Below are positions 40,574 to 53,309 of a DNA stretch of 64,000 nt, one piece after another (the first letter of the stretch is position 1; every line of letters starts with the position of its first letter). This DNA is from Octopus bimaculoides (Eukaryota), in contig NC_068982.1 in NCBI RefSeq assembly GCF_001194135.2, positions 47,440,654 to 47,504,653 of the forward strand, in the 5' to 3' direction. Position numbers and translations under genes: made by a program. The notes beneath the pieces are model-generated. The model saw nothing but the letters and a program-made list of their open reading frames with translations, ran no database searches and was not told the origin of the DNA.

Positions 40574-42305
40574 GAAGCCGAATAACAATGTCCTTTATAC
40601 ATTCTGTAATTTCTTTTTTCTTCGATGTTCCTTTAGAGTGGCTAAAATCCTAAATCGTGTCAACTGATAAAGCGTTAAGATCTGTCATTCTTCACAACCA
40701 CCCACCACATCGAATATCAAGAAAAAAAATTCTTCTTATATATATATATATGAAGGTTGTAAATTATCGCGGTCAGAGAACATATGTATATACATACATG
40801 TCCAGATTACCTATAGCTACATAACGGTAGAAATGGTAGAGAGAATCGCCGGCTTACACGACACTCAGGTCTCCAACACAATCACTCCATATGTTTGAGA
40901 AAGTTAACATGGCCTACAGCTATTGTTGACGAAGCACTGCAGAATACCAACTTCAATTTGTGCCCTCTCAATCAGTTTTATTAAAGATTGTAAAATTTAC
41001 GGTTATATTTTACGATTTTTAACTGCTAAGTAGTTTTTCTTTTTAATAAAACGAGCAGCTGTGTGGTTTAAATATCCACTGCCATGAAGAAAATTTGGCC
41101 AACTTTGACAAAGATTTGTCACAATGCCCTCCAAGAAGAATAAAAAGGATATGGAAGGAAGACTGCGGGACACATTACACAGGATACTAATATAACAAAC
41201 AACCATTGGGGGTAACTCAGCAAGGAGCGAGCAACAACCATCTGATGACAAATAGTAGAGAAAGACAGAGTAAAAGACGGTGAGAGAACAAAAAAGCATC
41301 TTGGGTAGTCTTAAATATGGCTACCCACAGTCTACCACTGTCTTTCACAAGTGTTATTTTGAAAGGGAAATTATCATTAGTCCTAGAAAATTACAAGGTA
41401 ACAGGGCAGGCAAGACAAGAAGCTGACACGAACACACTTGGTGGCTTTTTTTTTTTTTTATTATTGTTGTACTTCAAACTCGACAGTGAGAATTAAGTGA
41501 AACCATAAGCATAAACAGTAATAATGGACAAGTAACTCAATCACATTTTAAGACTCCCATTGATAATTGATACAATAAAGAAAAGAAAAATTGCTCCCAA
41601 AATATGTTAAGTCATTAGTCAGAAATGATCAGATTGTAGATTAAGGTTTTATCTTGTTCGTTCAATTATCAAGAATATTCATTCACTGATGATTTACAAT
41701 TTACCGCAGTTCAAAATACAAGATAACCTTATTTAGATACCAAATAGCTAGGAGTCTACATCCAACCTCGTTCCAACTCAGTATTTACAGTGAATTTCCC
41801 TCAAGTTTATCATCAGCAGTTACAATTAAATGATTACGCACATAGTTTTTTGTTTCTTTTTTTTTTTTTTTTCACCAGCTTTATTTAATATAGTCACTTT
41901 TTAAAAAAAAGATTAGTGAATTATCTAAGAGGATTGATATATTTAAATCAACAGTGTGAGGACTCGTAAGCTTTAACTGCATAACGTCTGTGATGTATAA
42001 TCTAGCCATCGAAGTCCACGATCGATGATGGTGTAATATACATTAAATAAAAAAAATATCTCAAATACATGGAAGTGAACAGTAAAAATGTGAAGAATAC
42101 GAAAATGTTTATGAATTATAAGTTTATATATTCAATGAGTCTGGTAACTAAAGAATAAAACTTTTAAAGTCGTCGTCTACGAACCAGCTGTTTTCTAACG
42201 AGTTTCGAAGAATCGAGAAAACAAACTGTGTTCAATGTATTAGTTATTAATACTGTTAATAAGATTATATTGAACTTTCTAGAAACAGTATATGATATTA
42301 GAAAT

Positions 42306-42368
<63 letters not shown>

Positions 42369-42827
42369 CTCAACTTATAGTCAAACTTAAATTAGTAAAA
42401 CTTCCTTTGTATAATGTAAAACTTTCCTTGTACAATACCACTTATAGTTTATAAAAGAAAATGTTCGAACTTTTTGTGAAACTAGTAAGAGAGAATATTT
42501 TCGTTATTTAGTTCATTTTATAGCGCTGCGTCAAAAAAAAAACTTAAAGAAAAAGGAAAAATAGTTAAAGCAAGTAACCTCACTCACTAATGTTTTCAAA
42601 AACAAATTAAAACCTACAGACTAAGGTAGTTTCTTTTTTGTTAAAAATATATAATAAAAAAAAACCTAAAAAAACTCCATGAATTCGAACCAAGAATCTG
42701 TCAATTCAATGAAATGTGATGGAGTGTTTTACCCCTACCACCACCGTCGTCACTTCTAAGTTACTTCATCTACCTCGTTTGAACGGAATAAAATATGTGA
42801 TAACAGAGTCAAAACTCTTCTTCTTAC

Positions 42828-42953
42828 CTTATTTTTTGCATACTCCTCAAGTGTTTTTAAAGCAGAATCAGTAAGTTTCAAATGAATGATTGTTTTGTCG
42901 CCTTCATTGCGGGAAGACAATCCATATTGTTGTCTTTCCTCCAACGCGGCCAT
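42828..42953 (-). CDS. ELL: RNA polymerase II elongation factor ELL/ELL2 family, coding exon 1 (42 aa)
   Basis: Translation MAALEERQQYGLSSRNEGDKTIIHLKLTDSALKTLEEYAKNK matches the ELL N-terminus (human ELL MAALKEDRSYGLSCGR...VFHVKLTDSALRAFESY). ATG is in AAAAATGG context; phase-0 donor AAG|GTAAGA at 42827. Confidence 0.95.
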
Positions 42954-43090
42954 TTTTGCTATGTTTTACCTTTAACCTCGCTTTGCAGCAGCAGCAGCAG
43001 CTTGCTTGAAGCGACCAATCAGCAAACATCAGATGACCGTTGACCTCGTTGATGATGAAAGCAGATGAATAATTCTGATTGACCAATCAA
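42945..43090 (-). promoter_or_regulatory. ELL 5' UTR and proximal promoter with two CCAAT boxes and a YY1-like motif over the start codon
   Basis: CCAATC at 43015 and 43083 (ATTGG on the gene strand); AAAAATGGCCGC across the ATG; short (CTG)n in the leader; CpG-rich context. TSS not determined. Confidence 0.6.
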
Positions 43091-43964
43091 CAACTTCGTT
43101 ACACAAAAATTCGTCGTTGCAAAATTGTTTTCTTCTTTCTATCTCCTATCTGTCTTGTTTAGGCTTCAATAGTTTCTTATTTTAATTTTCATGCCTGAGA
43201 ACGAGGAGCTTAAATTTGTCAAATACAATAGAGCAACGAACAATGAATCTTTGTTGTGTTTAGTCAAGTTGGAAAATTTTAGATATATTCCCTGATCGTA
43301 TCCTGTTTAGTTCGATTTTATTTCATTCATCTGGGATCGATAAAATAAGTACAGAAATATTCCAGAATTGACAAAGAAATAGTTTTGTAGTTTTCTACTT
43401 ATACTAAAAATAACTTCTATGCCATTGAAATATATATATAAATACATTTATAGATAAATTTATTTTGAGCTACAATACATCGGATATATGACATATGGGG
43501 TGGAAGAGATGTGATTGTTCATTTAATTACAAGAAAATTTAAAGAACGACACATAGGAAGTAAAATAACTTCAACCGAAAATTCAATTTCAGTTGCCTGT
43601 CGAAGATATATTGAAAATTAAAATGGACCAATTACTAAGTATTAGAAAGTAATTGTTGATTTCTAACTTCCACAATAAGACCAGCTTTTTGTTTAATTAA
43701 TGTATCATATTTTAGTGTGGGATATTTTATCTGTAGACCATTAAATCAATTTGGAATATTATTGGGAAGTATGTATCACGTTATACAGAAATACCTACTT
43801 TCTTTTTTACAATATATATATATATATATATATATTAATTACTGGTAGGGACATCGTATTTTGTTTAACAACCATAATATACTGTCAAGTATATTAAAGG
43901 TACATGACTCAATAGAAAATCTGTAGAGATACACTTCAAAAGTAAACATACATACACACACACA

Positions 43965-44008
<44 letters not shown>

Positions 44009-44501
44009 TACATATATACATATTTACGCACACACACCACATGCATACATACATTACATATATATAATACATTATATGTATGTATATATATTTATGTGTG
44101 TGTGTGTACATTCTCAGAAATATTGATTTCAAGAAAAAGCACGAGTCTTCACGTTTATACCGGAGTGAAAATGAAAATACGTCTTGACTGATAAACCGTT
44201 TTCAAGGACATAAAATAAATAATAAATCAATATATTCATGTAAATTACATTTCCGTAATATCGTTTTTAAACAGACGAATAATTTATTCTCGACAAAAAC
44301 TGTTGTGTCACTTCTGACTATATTCCTGGTATTAGTAAAGAAACGTGATTAAATTGAACGTGACCATTTTTAACTATCGTGCAAGTGAAATTAGAATATG
44401 TTCCTGTTTCGTTCCCGGTAATGACGTAGCCCACGCAAACAGCCAATCCGTGATAAGAATTTGTGTGTGTGTGTGTATACACCCACACATACATAGACAT
44501 A

Positions 44502-44697
44502 TCTTTTACTTGTTTCAGTCATTAGACTACGGCCATGCTGGGGCGCCGCCTTGAAGAAATTTTAGGCGAATGAATCGATCCCAGGACTTTTTTTAAGTCT
44601 GGTACTTATTCTAACAGATACTTTTGCCGAACTACTATATTACGGGGAAGGTAAACACACCAACACCGGTTGTTAAGCGGTGGTGGGGAACAAACAG

Positions 44698-44754
<57 letters not shown>

Positions 44755-44892
44755 TACGACGAACTTCTTTCAGTTTCTTTCAACCAAATCCACTCAAGGC
44801 TTTGGTCAGCCCGAGGCTATAGTAGAAAACATTTGCCCAAGGTGCCAGGCAGTGGAACTGAGCCTGGAACCATTTGGTTGGGAAGCAAGCTT
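44502..44892 (-). mobile_element. Dominant SINE copy
   Basis: Reverse complement of the family consensus; CpGs largely retained. Confidence 0.85.
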
Positions 44893-45504
44893 CTTTATTT
44901 TATGAAATTGGCCATGAAAGCCATACATAAAGGGGACAGCACAAGGTGGGGACAAAGAAAAAAAAAACCAATGGAAAGGATGAATTTAAATATAATAAAA
45001 GATGAAATGAAGCTGTTTGACCCCACCTCCGAGCGACTTCATTAAACCTATTAATACAACTTTTTTTAAATAACATTAACAGTACCATTTGTAACAGCTA
45101 ATTCCCATTTTTTTGGAGAATGCCTTTATTAAATTCTTTTAAAATATAAGCATGGCCCATGTTTTTTGGCATTGCACTGATGTCCATTTTCTTGACCCAC
45201 CAGTCAAAGTCGATGTCTTCCTCGTAATTCGTTAATCTTGAGAGGTATTCCGGGTCCGCCACTGCACACCAAACGTCCTTAGGCAACCCTACTACCTTTA
45301 TTATTACGCCCACGTCTATTGCTTTGTCCCATGTCTTTATCTCATTGCAAAGTTCTTTTTTTTTTCCTGTTATATAATATAACAAATCTATCCAAGGGCC
45401 AGGGTGGGTAAATTTGAGGCTCCATGTGTTTGCGCTTGTGTTTATGTCAGGTAGGGCATGGGAAGGGCTGGGGTAGAATGGGTGTGGGTTGGAATCATCC
45501 TTTA

Positions 45505-45900
45505 CTACGCATGGCCTCTTTCTCCTCTTCTATTTTTTCCCACCGTTTCCCAGCTGGTGTTCACCTCTACTTCCTTGATGCTGGTGCTGGTCTTTGTCTG
45601 TGATGTTGCTTCACTCTCCTTCTTGTGCTTTTCCTCAGCCTCCACGGGCAGTGGAGCACCAACCACTTTCTCACTCTCTTGCCTTTCCTTAGCCTTCACA
45701 GGTGGTGGAGGACAATCAGGCCACAATTATAGCACCGCGGAATCCTCCCTTCCACTCTGACTTTCAGTGTCACGTCCGTGACAGTCCACCATACTTTCAA
45801 TATCTTCTGGGGCACATCAAGTGCTTTACCATTAAGCTAAACTGCCCTAACAACAAATTCTTCTGCAAATTTTGGATATATGGACTTTCTGTTTGTCTCG
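45505..45900 (-). mobile_element. Non-LTR ORF1/Gag-like remnant with a broken CCHC zinc knuckle
   Basis: LKVRVEGRIPRCYNCGL, then a frameshift to DCPPPPVKAKE and a low-complexity tail ending SWETVGKNRRGERG; the central GH part of CX2CX4HX4C is missing. Confidence 0.6.
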
Positions 45901-46049
45901 CATTTATTTTTACATTCAGTATATGTGATGTTGTTTATACATTTTTCCTTTATCAAGTAATAGAACACAACAAACACCAAATTTGTATTAATATGTATAT
46001 TAATACAAATATATACATATGTATATTATACATGTGTATATATGTGTGT

Positions 46050-46142
<93 letters not shown>

Positions 46143-46714
46143 CGTGCGTGTGTGTGTACAGGATGTTCTGGGTAAACTTTACAGTTTGCATAAGAGGAAA
46201 CAAAAACACAATATCCTTTCCAGAAATAGAAGTAGCTTAAAAAAATCAAAAGAATACTAGGTTACAATTAGGAGATAACAGTTATCAGGAGATAAAAGTA
46301 GTTATCCTCAGCTTCCACCATGTCCCCAAGCTGACCCCAGAAACTGGCATATGGATTCCTCACTGTGTTCCTAAGAAGATCTTTGGACATCTCCTTGATC
46401 ATGACTACCAGCTTGGCCTTGGTGCTGCAAGCAGAGATGTCAGCATTTTGATGCTTGATGTAAATCACCATGATACAGATAACTCTTTTGCACTATTCAG
46501 ATGGCTTCCAGTCCTCCATGTCATCTAACTTCTCCTCAACTACAACTTTAATCTTCATGCTCTTCGACACTGTTGACTGTTCACCAAAGCATCAAGCGGT
46601 TCCAGAAAAAAGCAACATAAGAAAAAACCTATCAAATTTAGCCCAAATGCTCTGTATATATTTATATGAGGTTAGAAAGAAAGTCCTGTTGAGTTTTTGA
46701 TATGACCAATTACT

Positions 46715-47095
46715 CTTTTATTTGTTTCAGTCATTTGACTGCGGCCATACTGAAGCACTGTCTTTAAGTTGAACAAATCAACCCCATGACTTATTCTTTG
46801 TAAGACTAGTACTTATTCTATCAGTCTCTTTTACCGAACTGCTAAGTTACGGGGACGCAAGCACACCAACATCGGTTGTCAAGCGATGGATGGGGGACAA
46901 CCACAGACACACAAACATATACATATATATATATATATATATATGACGGGCTTCTTTCAGTTTCCGTCTAACAAATCCACTCACAAGGCTTTGATCACCT
47001 CAGACTATAGTAGAAGACACTTGCCCAAGGTGCCACGCAATGGGACTGAACTCGGAACCATGTGGTTGGTAAGCAAGCTACTTACCATATAACCA
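46715..47095 (-). mobile_element. Dominant SINE copy
   Basis: Reverse complement of the family consensus, head to tail. Confidence 0.85.
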
Positions 47096-47119
47096 TAATT
47101 TTTGCATGTTCTTTTATTC

Positions 47120-47428
47120 CTTTACTTGTTTCAGTCATTTGACTGTGGCCATGCTCGACACCACCTTAAATGGTTTTAGTCAAAGAAATCAACCCTAGGA
47201 CTTATTCTTTGTAAACTTAGCACTTATTCTATCGACCTCTTTTGTTGAACTGTTAAGTTATGGGGATGTAAATACACCATTGGTTGTCAAGCAATGGTGG
47301 GGGACAATCACAGACACAAAGACACACACACGCACACACACACACATGTATATATACGACAGGCTGCTTTCAGTTTCCGTCTACCAAATCCCCTCACAAG
47401 GCTTTGGTCAATCCGAGGCTATAGTAGA
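47120..47428 (-). mobile_element. Dominant SINE copy (head truncated)
   Basis: TACTTGTTTCAGTCATTTGACTG...GGCTATAGTAGA. Confidence 0.8.
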
Positions 47429-47848
47429 GTTACTTGGTAACCCTGCCAGTGTTGGTGTCACGTAAAAAGCATTCAGTCCACACTGTGAAGTGATTGGCAT
47501 TTGGAAGGGCATCCAGCATCCAGCTGTAAAAACCATACCAAAATTGGTCTTACCTGTGCTGGTGCAACATAAGAACTACTCAGTCCCCTCTGCTGAGTGG
47601 TTGGTGTTAAGGGCATCCAGCCATAAAAACCATTCCAAAACAGGCACAGAAGCCTGATGTAATCTTCTACCTGGCTAGCTCCTATCAAACTGTTCAACCC
47701 ATGCCAGCATGGAAGACAGATGTTAAACAGTGATGATGATGATGATATAATACTTATATTTTGGGACAGGATATTGTGTTTTCTTTTCCTTTTGTGTAAA
47801 CTGCCAAGTTTCGCCTGAACATCCTATTTATATAAGGACATAATATAT

Positions 47849-48395
47849 AGGCGTAGGAGTGGCTGTGTGGTAAGTAGCTTGCTTACGAACCACATGGTTC
47901 CGGGTTCAGTCCCACTGCATGGCACCTTGGGAAAGTGTCTTCTACTATAGCCTCAGGCTGACCAAAGCCTTATGAGTGGATTTGGTAGACAGAAACTGAA
48001 AGAAGCCCGTCTTATATATGTATATCATCATCATCATCATCGTTTAACGTCCGCTTTCCATGCTAGCATGGGTTGGATGATTTGACCGAGGACTGGTGGA
48101 ACCCGAAGGCTACACCAGGCTCCAATATATATATATATATATATATATANNNNNNNNNNNNNNNNNNNNNNNNGTGTGTGTGCATATGTTTGTGTGTCTG
48201 TGTTTGTCCCCCCAACATCGCTTGACAACCGATGCTGGTGTGTTTACGTCCCCTGTAACTTAGCGGTTCGGCAAAAGGGACCGATAGAATAAGTACTAGG
48301 CTTACAAAGAATAAGTCCTGGGGTCGACTTGCACAACTAAAGGCGGTGCTCCAGCATGGCCACAGTCAAATGACTGAAACAAGTAAAAGAGTAAA
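47849..48395 (+). mobile_element. Dominant SINE, interrupted by an antisense RTE-tail-like fragment and a gap
   Basis: Same head and tail as 48787-49198; CATCATCATCGTTTAACGTCC fragment at ~48028-48125. Confidence 0.85.
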
Positions 48396-48786
48396 GAGAG
48401 AGTATACATACATAGAATATATGCATATGTGTATATATATTTATGCATGTGTGTTTGTGCGTGAGAGAGAGAGAGAAAATGTGTATACATATATACATAT
48501 TTTGCCCAACAAAAAATAAACATTTAAATGCTAAAATACCTTTACTGGTAATAGCAATAATCCTTTCCAGTTATAGGCACAAGGCTTGAAATTTTAGGTG
48601 GAGAAGAGAATTAGTCAATTACAGCAACACCAGTGCTCTACTGGTTCTTATTTCATTGAACTTGAAAGGATGAAAAACAATAATAATGTAATAATGTTTT
48701 CTAACAGACACACAACCACAAACTTTATGAGCAGAGTAATGTTGTATCCAATAATTTGATTGATATTTATTTTATTGACACAGAAT

Positions 48787-49198
48787 AGGTGCAGGAGTGG
48801 CTGTGTGGTAAGTAGTTTTCTTACCAACCACATGGTTTCGGGTTCATTCCCACTGCATGGCACCTTGGGCAAGTGTCTTCTACTATAGCCTCGGGCCGAC
48901 CAAAGCCTTGTGAGTGGATTTGGTAGACGGAAACTGAAAGAAGCCCGTCGTATATATGTATATTTATGTATATATATGTATATATATGTTTGTGTGTCTG
49001 TGATTGTCCCCCCAACATCGCTTGACAACCGATGTTGGTGTTTTTACATCCCCGTAACTTAGGGGTTCGGCTTAAGAGACTGATAGAATAAGTACTAAGC
49101 TTACAAAGAATAATTCCTGGGGTCGATTTGCTCGACTAAAGGCGGTGCTCCAGCATGGCCGCGGTCAAATGACTGAAACAAGTAAAAGAGTAAAAGAG
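48787..49198 (+). mobile_element. tRNA-derived SINE, dominant family (type copy)
   Basis: Head GGAGTGGCTGTGTGGTAAG...GGTTC...CCCACTGC, central microsatellite, tail CTCCAGCATGGCCGCGGTCAAATGACTGAAACAAGTAAAAGAG; at least 14 related copies in the window. Confidence 0.9.
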
Positions 49199-49309
49199 AA
49201 AGGATGACAGACAAAGCTGATGTGTTGAGAGAAACTTAAAAGGAACAAATCTCAGTGTTACAAGCTATTTAATTCCATGTTCTATGAGTTAATTCCCAAA
49301 CTACCATTC

Positions 49310-49560
49310 ACCCTTCGAGTAATTCTTTCCACAATAGGTTCAGGGCCTGAAGTATTAAGGAGGTGGGTAGAGAAGGAACTAGTTAATTATATTGATCCCC
49401 CCACCCAGTCTCCAGTACTCAACTGATACTTATTTTATTGACCCTAAAGGATGAAAGGCAAAGTTGACCTCACCAGAATTTGAATTCAGAACGTAAAGCC
49501 AGAAGAAATGCCTTAAGCATTTTGTCCAACATGCTAACAATTCTGCCAGCTCACCAACCT
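49310..49560 (+). mobile_element. Third short interspersed repeat (TACTTATTTTATTGACCC..AAAGGATGAAAGGCAAAG core)
   Basis: Same core at ~12290-12415, 36084-36230, 48555-48680 and 60890-60962. Confidence 0.65.
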
Positions 49561-49791
49561 TCACCCTTGTAATAATAACTTGTAACATAGGCACACAACC
49601 AGAAAAATTCAGTGCATATTAGCACTTGGCTGATACTATAGCAGTCAACTTCAATTAATTATTTTAGTGTCCAGCCTATCTTTCTTTCGGACTTTAATGA
49701 TTTTATGTCAAGGTAGTTTATAATTTATGGTTTATTGCAAATAACTTCCTAAATCTGACTTCAAATTGTGTAGATTATACATAAGCTATAA

Positions 49792-52144
49792 CAGTAGAAC
49801 CTTACAGTATGAGTGCACCATTGCTTGAGTAATTTGCTGTATGAGCTGAGGCTCCTGTGAATTTTTGTCTTGAAGTACGAGCAGAAATCTGCAGAACAAG
49901 AGAATTTCATACAAGCGACTGCTAGTCGGCGTTAAGTTCGCACACACTCTCCCAAAAAGCGCAGCATCCACTCATTCAGTTCATGTGTTTATCTCACTGT
50001 GGCAGCATCCTTATTATGTTTTACCTAGTTTTTTTTTTTTAGTTTTGTGCGTTTTTTGCTATTATTTTATAATAATTAGTTGTGTTAGCCATGGATCCTA
50101 AAAGGGTTAGTGCAAAGAACAGTGCTGAGAAGAAAAAGCTGATTATAATAGAATTGAAGAAGGAAATCATTGATAAGCATCAGAGAGGAGTGTGGACATA
50201 GCACATCAATATGATCAAAGCACGTCAACAATCTGCGCCATCCTCAAGTAAAAGGATGAGATCAAAGCCGTTACAACAGCGAAGGTTGTCTTCAGGCTCT
50301 CTAAGTAATGTACATCTGTCTATGGAGAATGAATCAATGAGAAGCAACTCACAGAGGATACAATTACGGAGACCATCATATGTGAGAAAGCGCGAACGCC
50401 TTATGGGGGTCCCCTGAAGCAGAACCCTAGAACATCGACAGAGGAGACATTGGCAGACACATTTAAGGCCAGTTGTGGTTGGTTTGATAATTTCAAGAAG
50501 AGGACTGGTATTCATAGCATCATCAGGTATGGAGAAGCAGCGAGTTCTGACATGAAGGCAGCTGAGGATGTCATATGCGAATTTTGTCATTTCATTGCAC
50601 AACAGGTATTCAACTGTGATGAAACTGGCCTTTTATGGAAAAGAATGCCCAGAAGAACCTACATAAATGCAGAGGAGAAGAAAATGCCAGGCCACAAGCC
50701 CATGAAAGATAGGCTAACTCTTGCCCTTTGTGCCAATGCAAATGGAGACTTGAAGATTAAGCTGCTCCTTATCTACCATTCTGAAAACCCATGAGGGTTC
50801 AAGTTGCACAAAATTCTGAAAGAGAAGTTGCAAGTCATGTGAATGGCAAACATTAAAACTTGGGTCACCAGGTAATTCTTCACTGAGTGGGTTGAACTTG
50901 TCTTTGGACCAGCACTGAAAAAGTTCCTTCTGGGGAAGGGAACGGTCTTCCTCTCAAGGCTCTCCTAATCCTCAATAATGCTCCAGCTCACCCTCCTAAC
51001 CTCAAAGATGATAGCCTGGAAGAACTTAAATTCATAAAAAGTTCTGTACCTTTCACACAACACCACCCCTATCTTACAGCCCATGGAGCAACAGGTGATT
51101 TCTAATTTTAAGAAATTATACACCAAACACCTGTTTTGTCAGTACTTTGAAGTCACCAAAAATATAAATCTAACTATTTGTGAGTTTTGGAAGGAGTACT
51201 ACAATATTGTTAACCACCTGAAAATCATTGATATGGCCTGGCAAGGTAAAAATGAGGAGATTACTGAATCCTGCATGGAGAAAACTGGGGCCTGACTGCA
51301 TATCTGAAAGAAACTTTGAGGAGATTAAGTCTGGGACACCTGTAGTCAAGGAGATAGTGTCTCTTGGCAAGGTCATGGCCTCGAGGTTGATGATGGGAAC
51401 ATTAACAATCTCGTCAAGGAACACTCAGAGGAGCTGATGACAGATGAACACCAGCAGCCTCAGTAGCAGCAGCATTTGGATGCAGTGGAAGAGATTGGTT
51501 CCTGGAGGAGGACAGTGTAATGGAGAAGGTTATCTCTACGAGTGACACAAAGGCAATGTTGGTAAAGTGGCAGTATGCTTCTGAATTTGTAGAAAAAAGT
51601 CATCTTGAAAATTTATCTGTAGGTCGTGCAGCTGCTTTATTTAATGACACTGCTCTGACGCATTTTTGTAACATTTTGAAAGGCAGGAAAAAGCAGACTT
51701 CTCTTGATATGTTTCTAATGAAATGACCTGCAAGTGTGAAAAAAGCCAAAATTAAGAGGAGAGAGAAAATGCCAGAAATTGTTCTTTCTGAAGTCTTAAT
51801 GGAAGGAAATTCTCATTTCAAACAGTAATCCTTCTCTTCAAATTTCCATTGTCTTCCTTGTACACAAATTGTCCCATCATTAAGGTAATTCAATTAATGA
51901 AACTGGTTTACATATTTCTTTTGCATTGCCTTTTATTTGGTTTTATAATTGTCATTTTCCTTGTAACTGCACCTTTTCCATTTTAAAACCCATAAAAAAT
52001 TGTTTTCGGGTGGTTTTGTGGGGCTAGAATGGATTAATAATACCTTAATTAATTTCAATGGAGAATATTTATTTGTAAAACAAGTAAATCATAAAATGAG
52101 ATCAGTCATGGATTGAATTGGCCTTGTACTGTGAGGTATCACTG
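49792..52144 (+). mobile_element. Full-length but inactive Tigger/pogo DNA transposon (~2.35 kb)
   Basis: Left TIR CAGTAGAACCTTACAGTATGAG versus reverse-complemented right TIR CAGTGATACCTCACAGTACAAG (16/22); TA at 52145-52146. Transposase remnants from ATG 50091 (MDPKRVSAKN...IELKKEII), VFNCDETGLLWKRMPRRTYI, KDRLTLALCANANGD, LLILNNAPAHP, LQPMEQQVI, with stops and frameshifts. Confidence 0.93.
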
Positions 52145-52723
52145 TATTTTTAATTTGCCTTGCCTTGGATCCAGAACTACTTGATATGGTCATAGGGGTA
52201 CTGTCTCATAATATACTATGTGTCCTAGGCACTTTTAGATATAGTGGAGACCCTCTTCAGTTTTCATCACTTCCAATTTCTTCCTAAAAGAGAAGAAGAG
52301 AGAAACAGAAAGAAAGTGTGACAAAGAAAAAGAAAATTAATAAATAAAAGTCAATTCCAGTAGAGAACTGGAACTTTATTTATCAACTCTGAAAAGATGA
52401 CAGACAAAGCTGAGCTTAGTGGAACTTGATCTCGGAATATTAAGACAAAGAGAATACTTGCAATTCATTTTGACCAATGTGTGTTGTGGGACATATAAGC
52501 TCTTGGCAAGAAAAGTGGGTTTTCTGTAGGCGTGGGGCTCAAACTCATACCTCTCTGCTTTTGTGACAAGTGTTTTCACAAAAACAGAGAAGTGTAGGTT
52601 CAAGTCCCTTGCATATGGTAAACGCCCCAATTATTAGACTATTTTTTTTCAATTAACACACAGTGATTGCTTATAAGCTTTAAGCTTATAAAATATTATT
52701 CAGCACTGCTTATCAAATCATAG

Positions 52724-52765
<42 letters not shown>

Positions 52766-53309
52766 TTAGATAGTAGTACATAAATACATACATATCCACT
52801 TCTCTGAAGTCACTGGATTTGTTGTGCATGAAGACAGATTGGCTACTTGTTCCTCTGGGATTGTTTAAGTGATGTAGACACTTCAGATGAGAACTCAATT
52901 AGGTTTGAAAATCAATTAAGGCTGTTTGTCACTTTTCAGTCAACTGAGAAATAGTTTTAAAAAAATTGCCCTGTTTGTATATCTTCTGCATAGGTTACGC
53001 ACACACACACACACTCTCACACACGTACACACACACACACACACACACATTACATACATGTACTTATGCATGCATGTATAATTATACATATAATAAAAGA
53101 GACCTTTGAGAAATATCTGAGTAGCCAGCATAATGAATTTGAGAAAAAGAAACAAGGCCAGGGGAAGTATACTAAATCTAAATACTATATATCATAAATA
53201 TTTGTTTGAATGAAACCGTCTTTGCTTCAATAGACAGGTAAACAATTGCATAAAGCCAACTGCAACCAGCCTTCAGTAAGAAGAGGAGATTCACTCACAC
53301 AATAATTAA

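Larger units (their letters stand above)
375..42827 (-). other. ELL: ELL intron 1 (42,453 bp, GT-AG, phase 0)
   Basis: Bounded by the exon 1 donor and exon 2 acceptor; no ELL-like coding exon found between them on a by-eye scan. Confidence 0.8.

Noticed and set aside
42904-43086. Poly-Cys or poly-Gln ORF from (CAG/CTG)n
   Set aside because: Lies in the ELL leader and promoter, out of frame with the ELL start.
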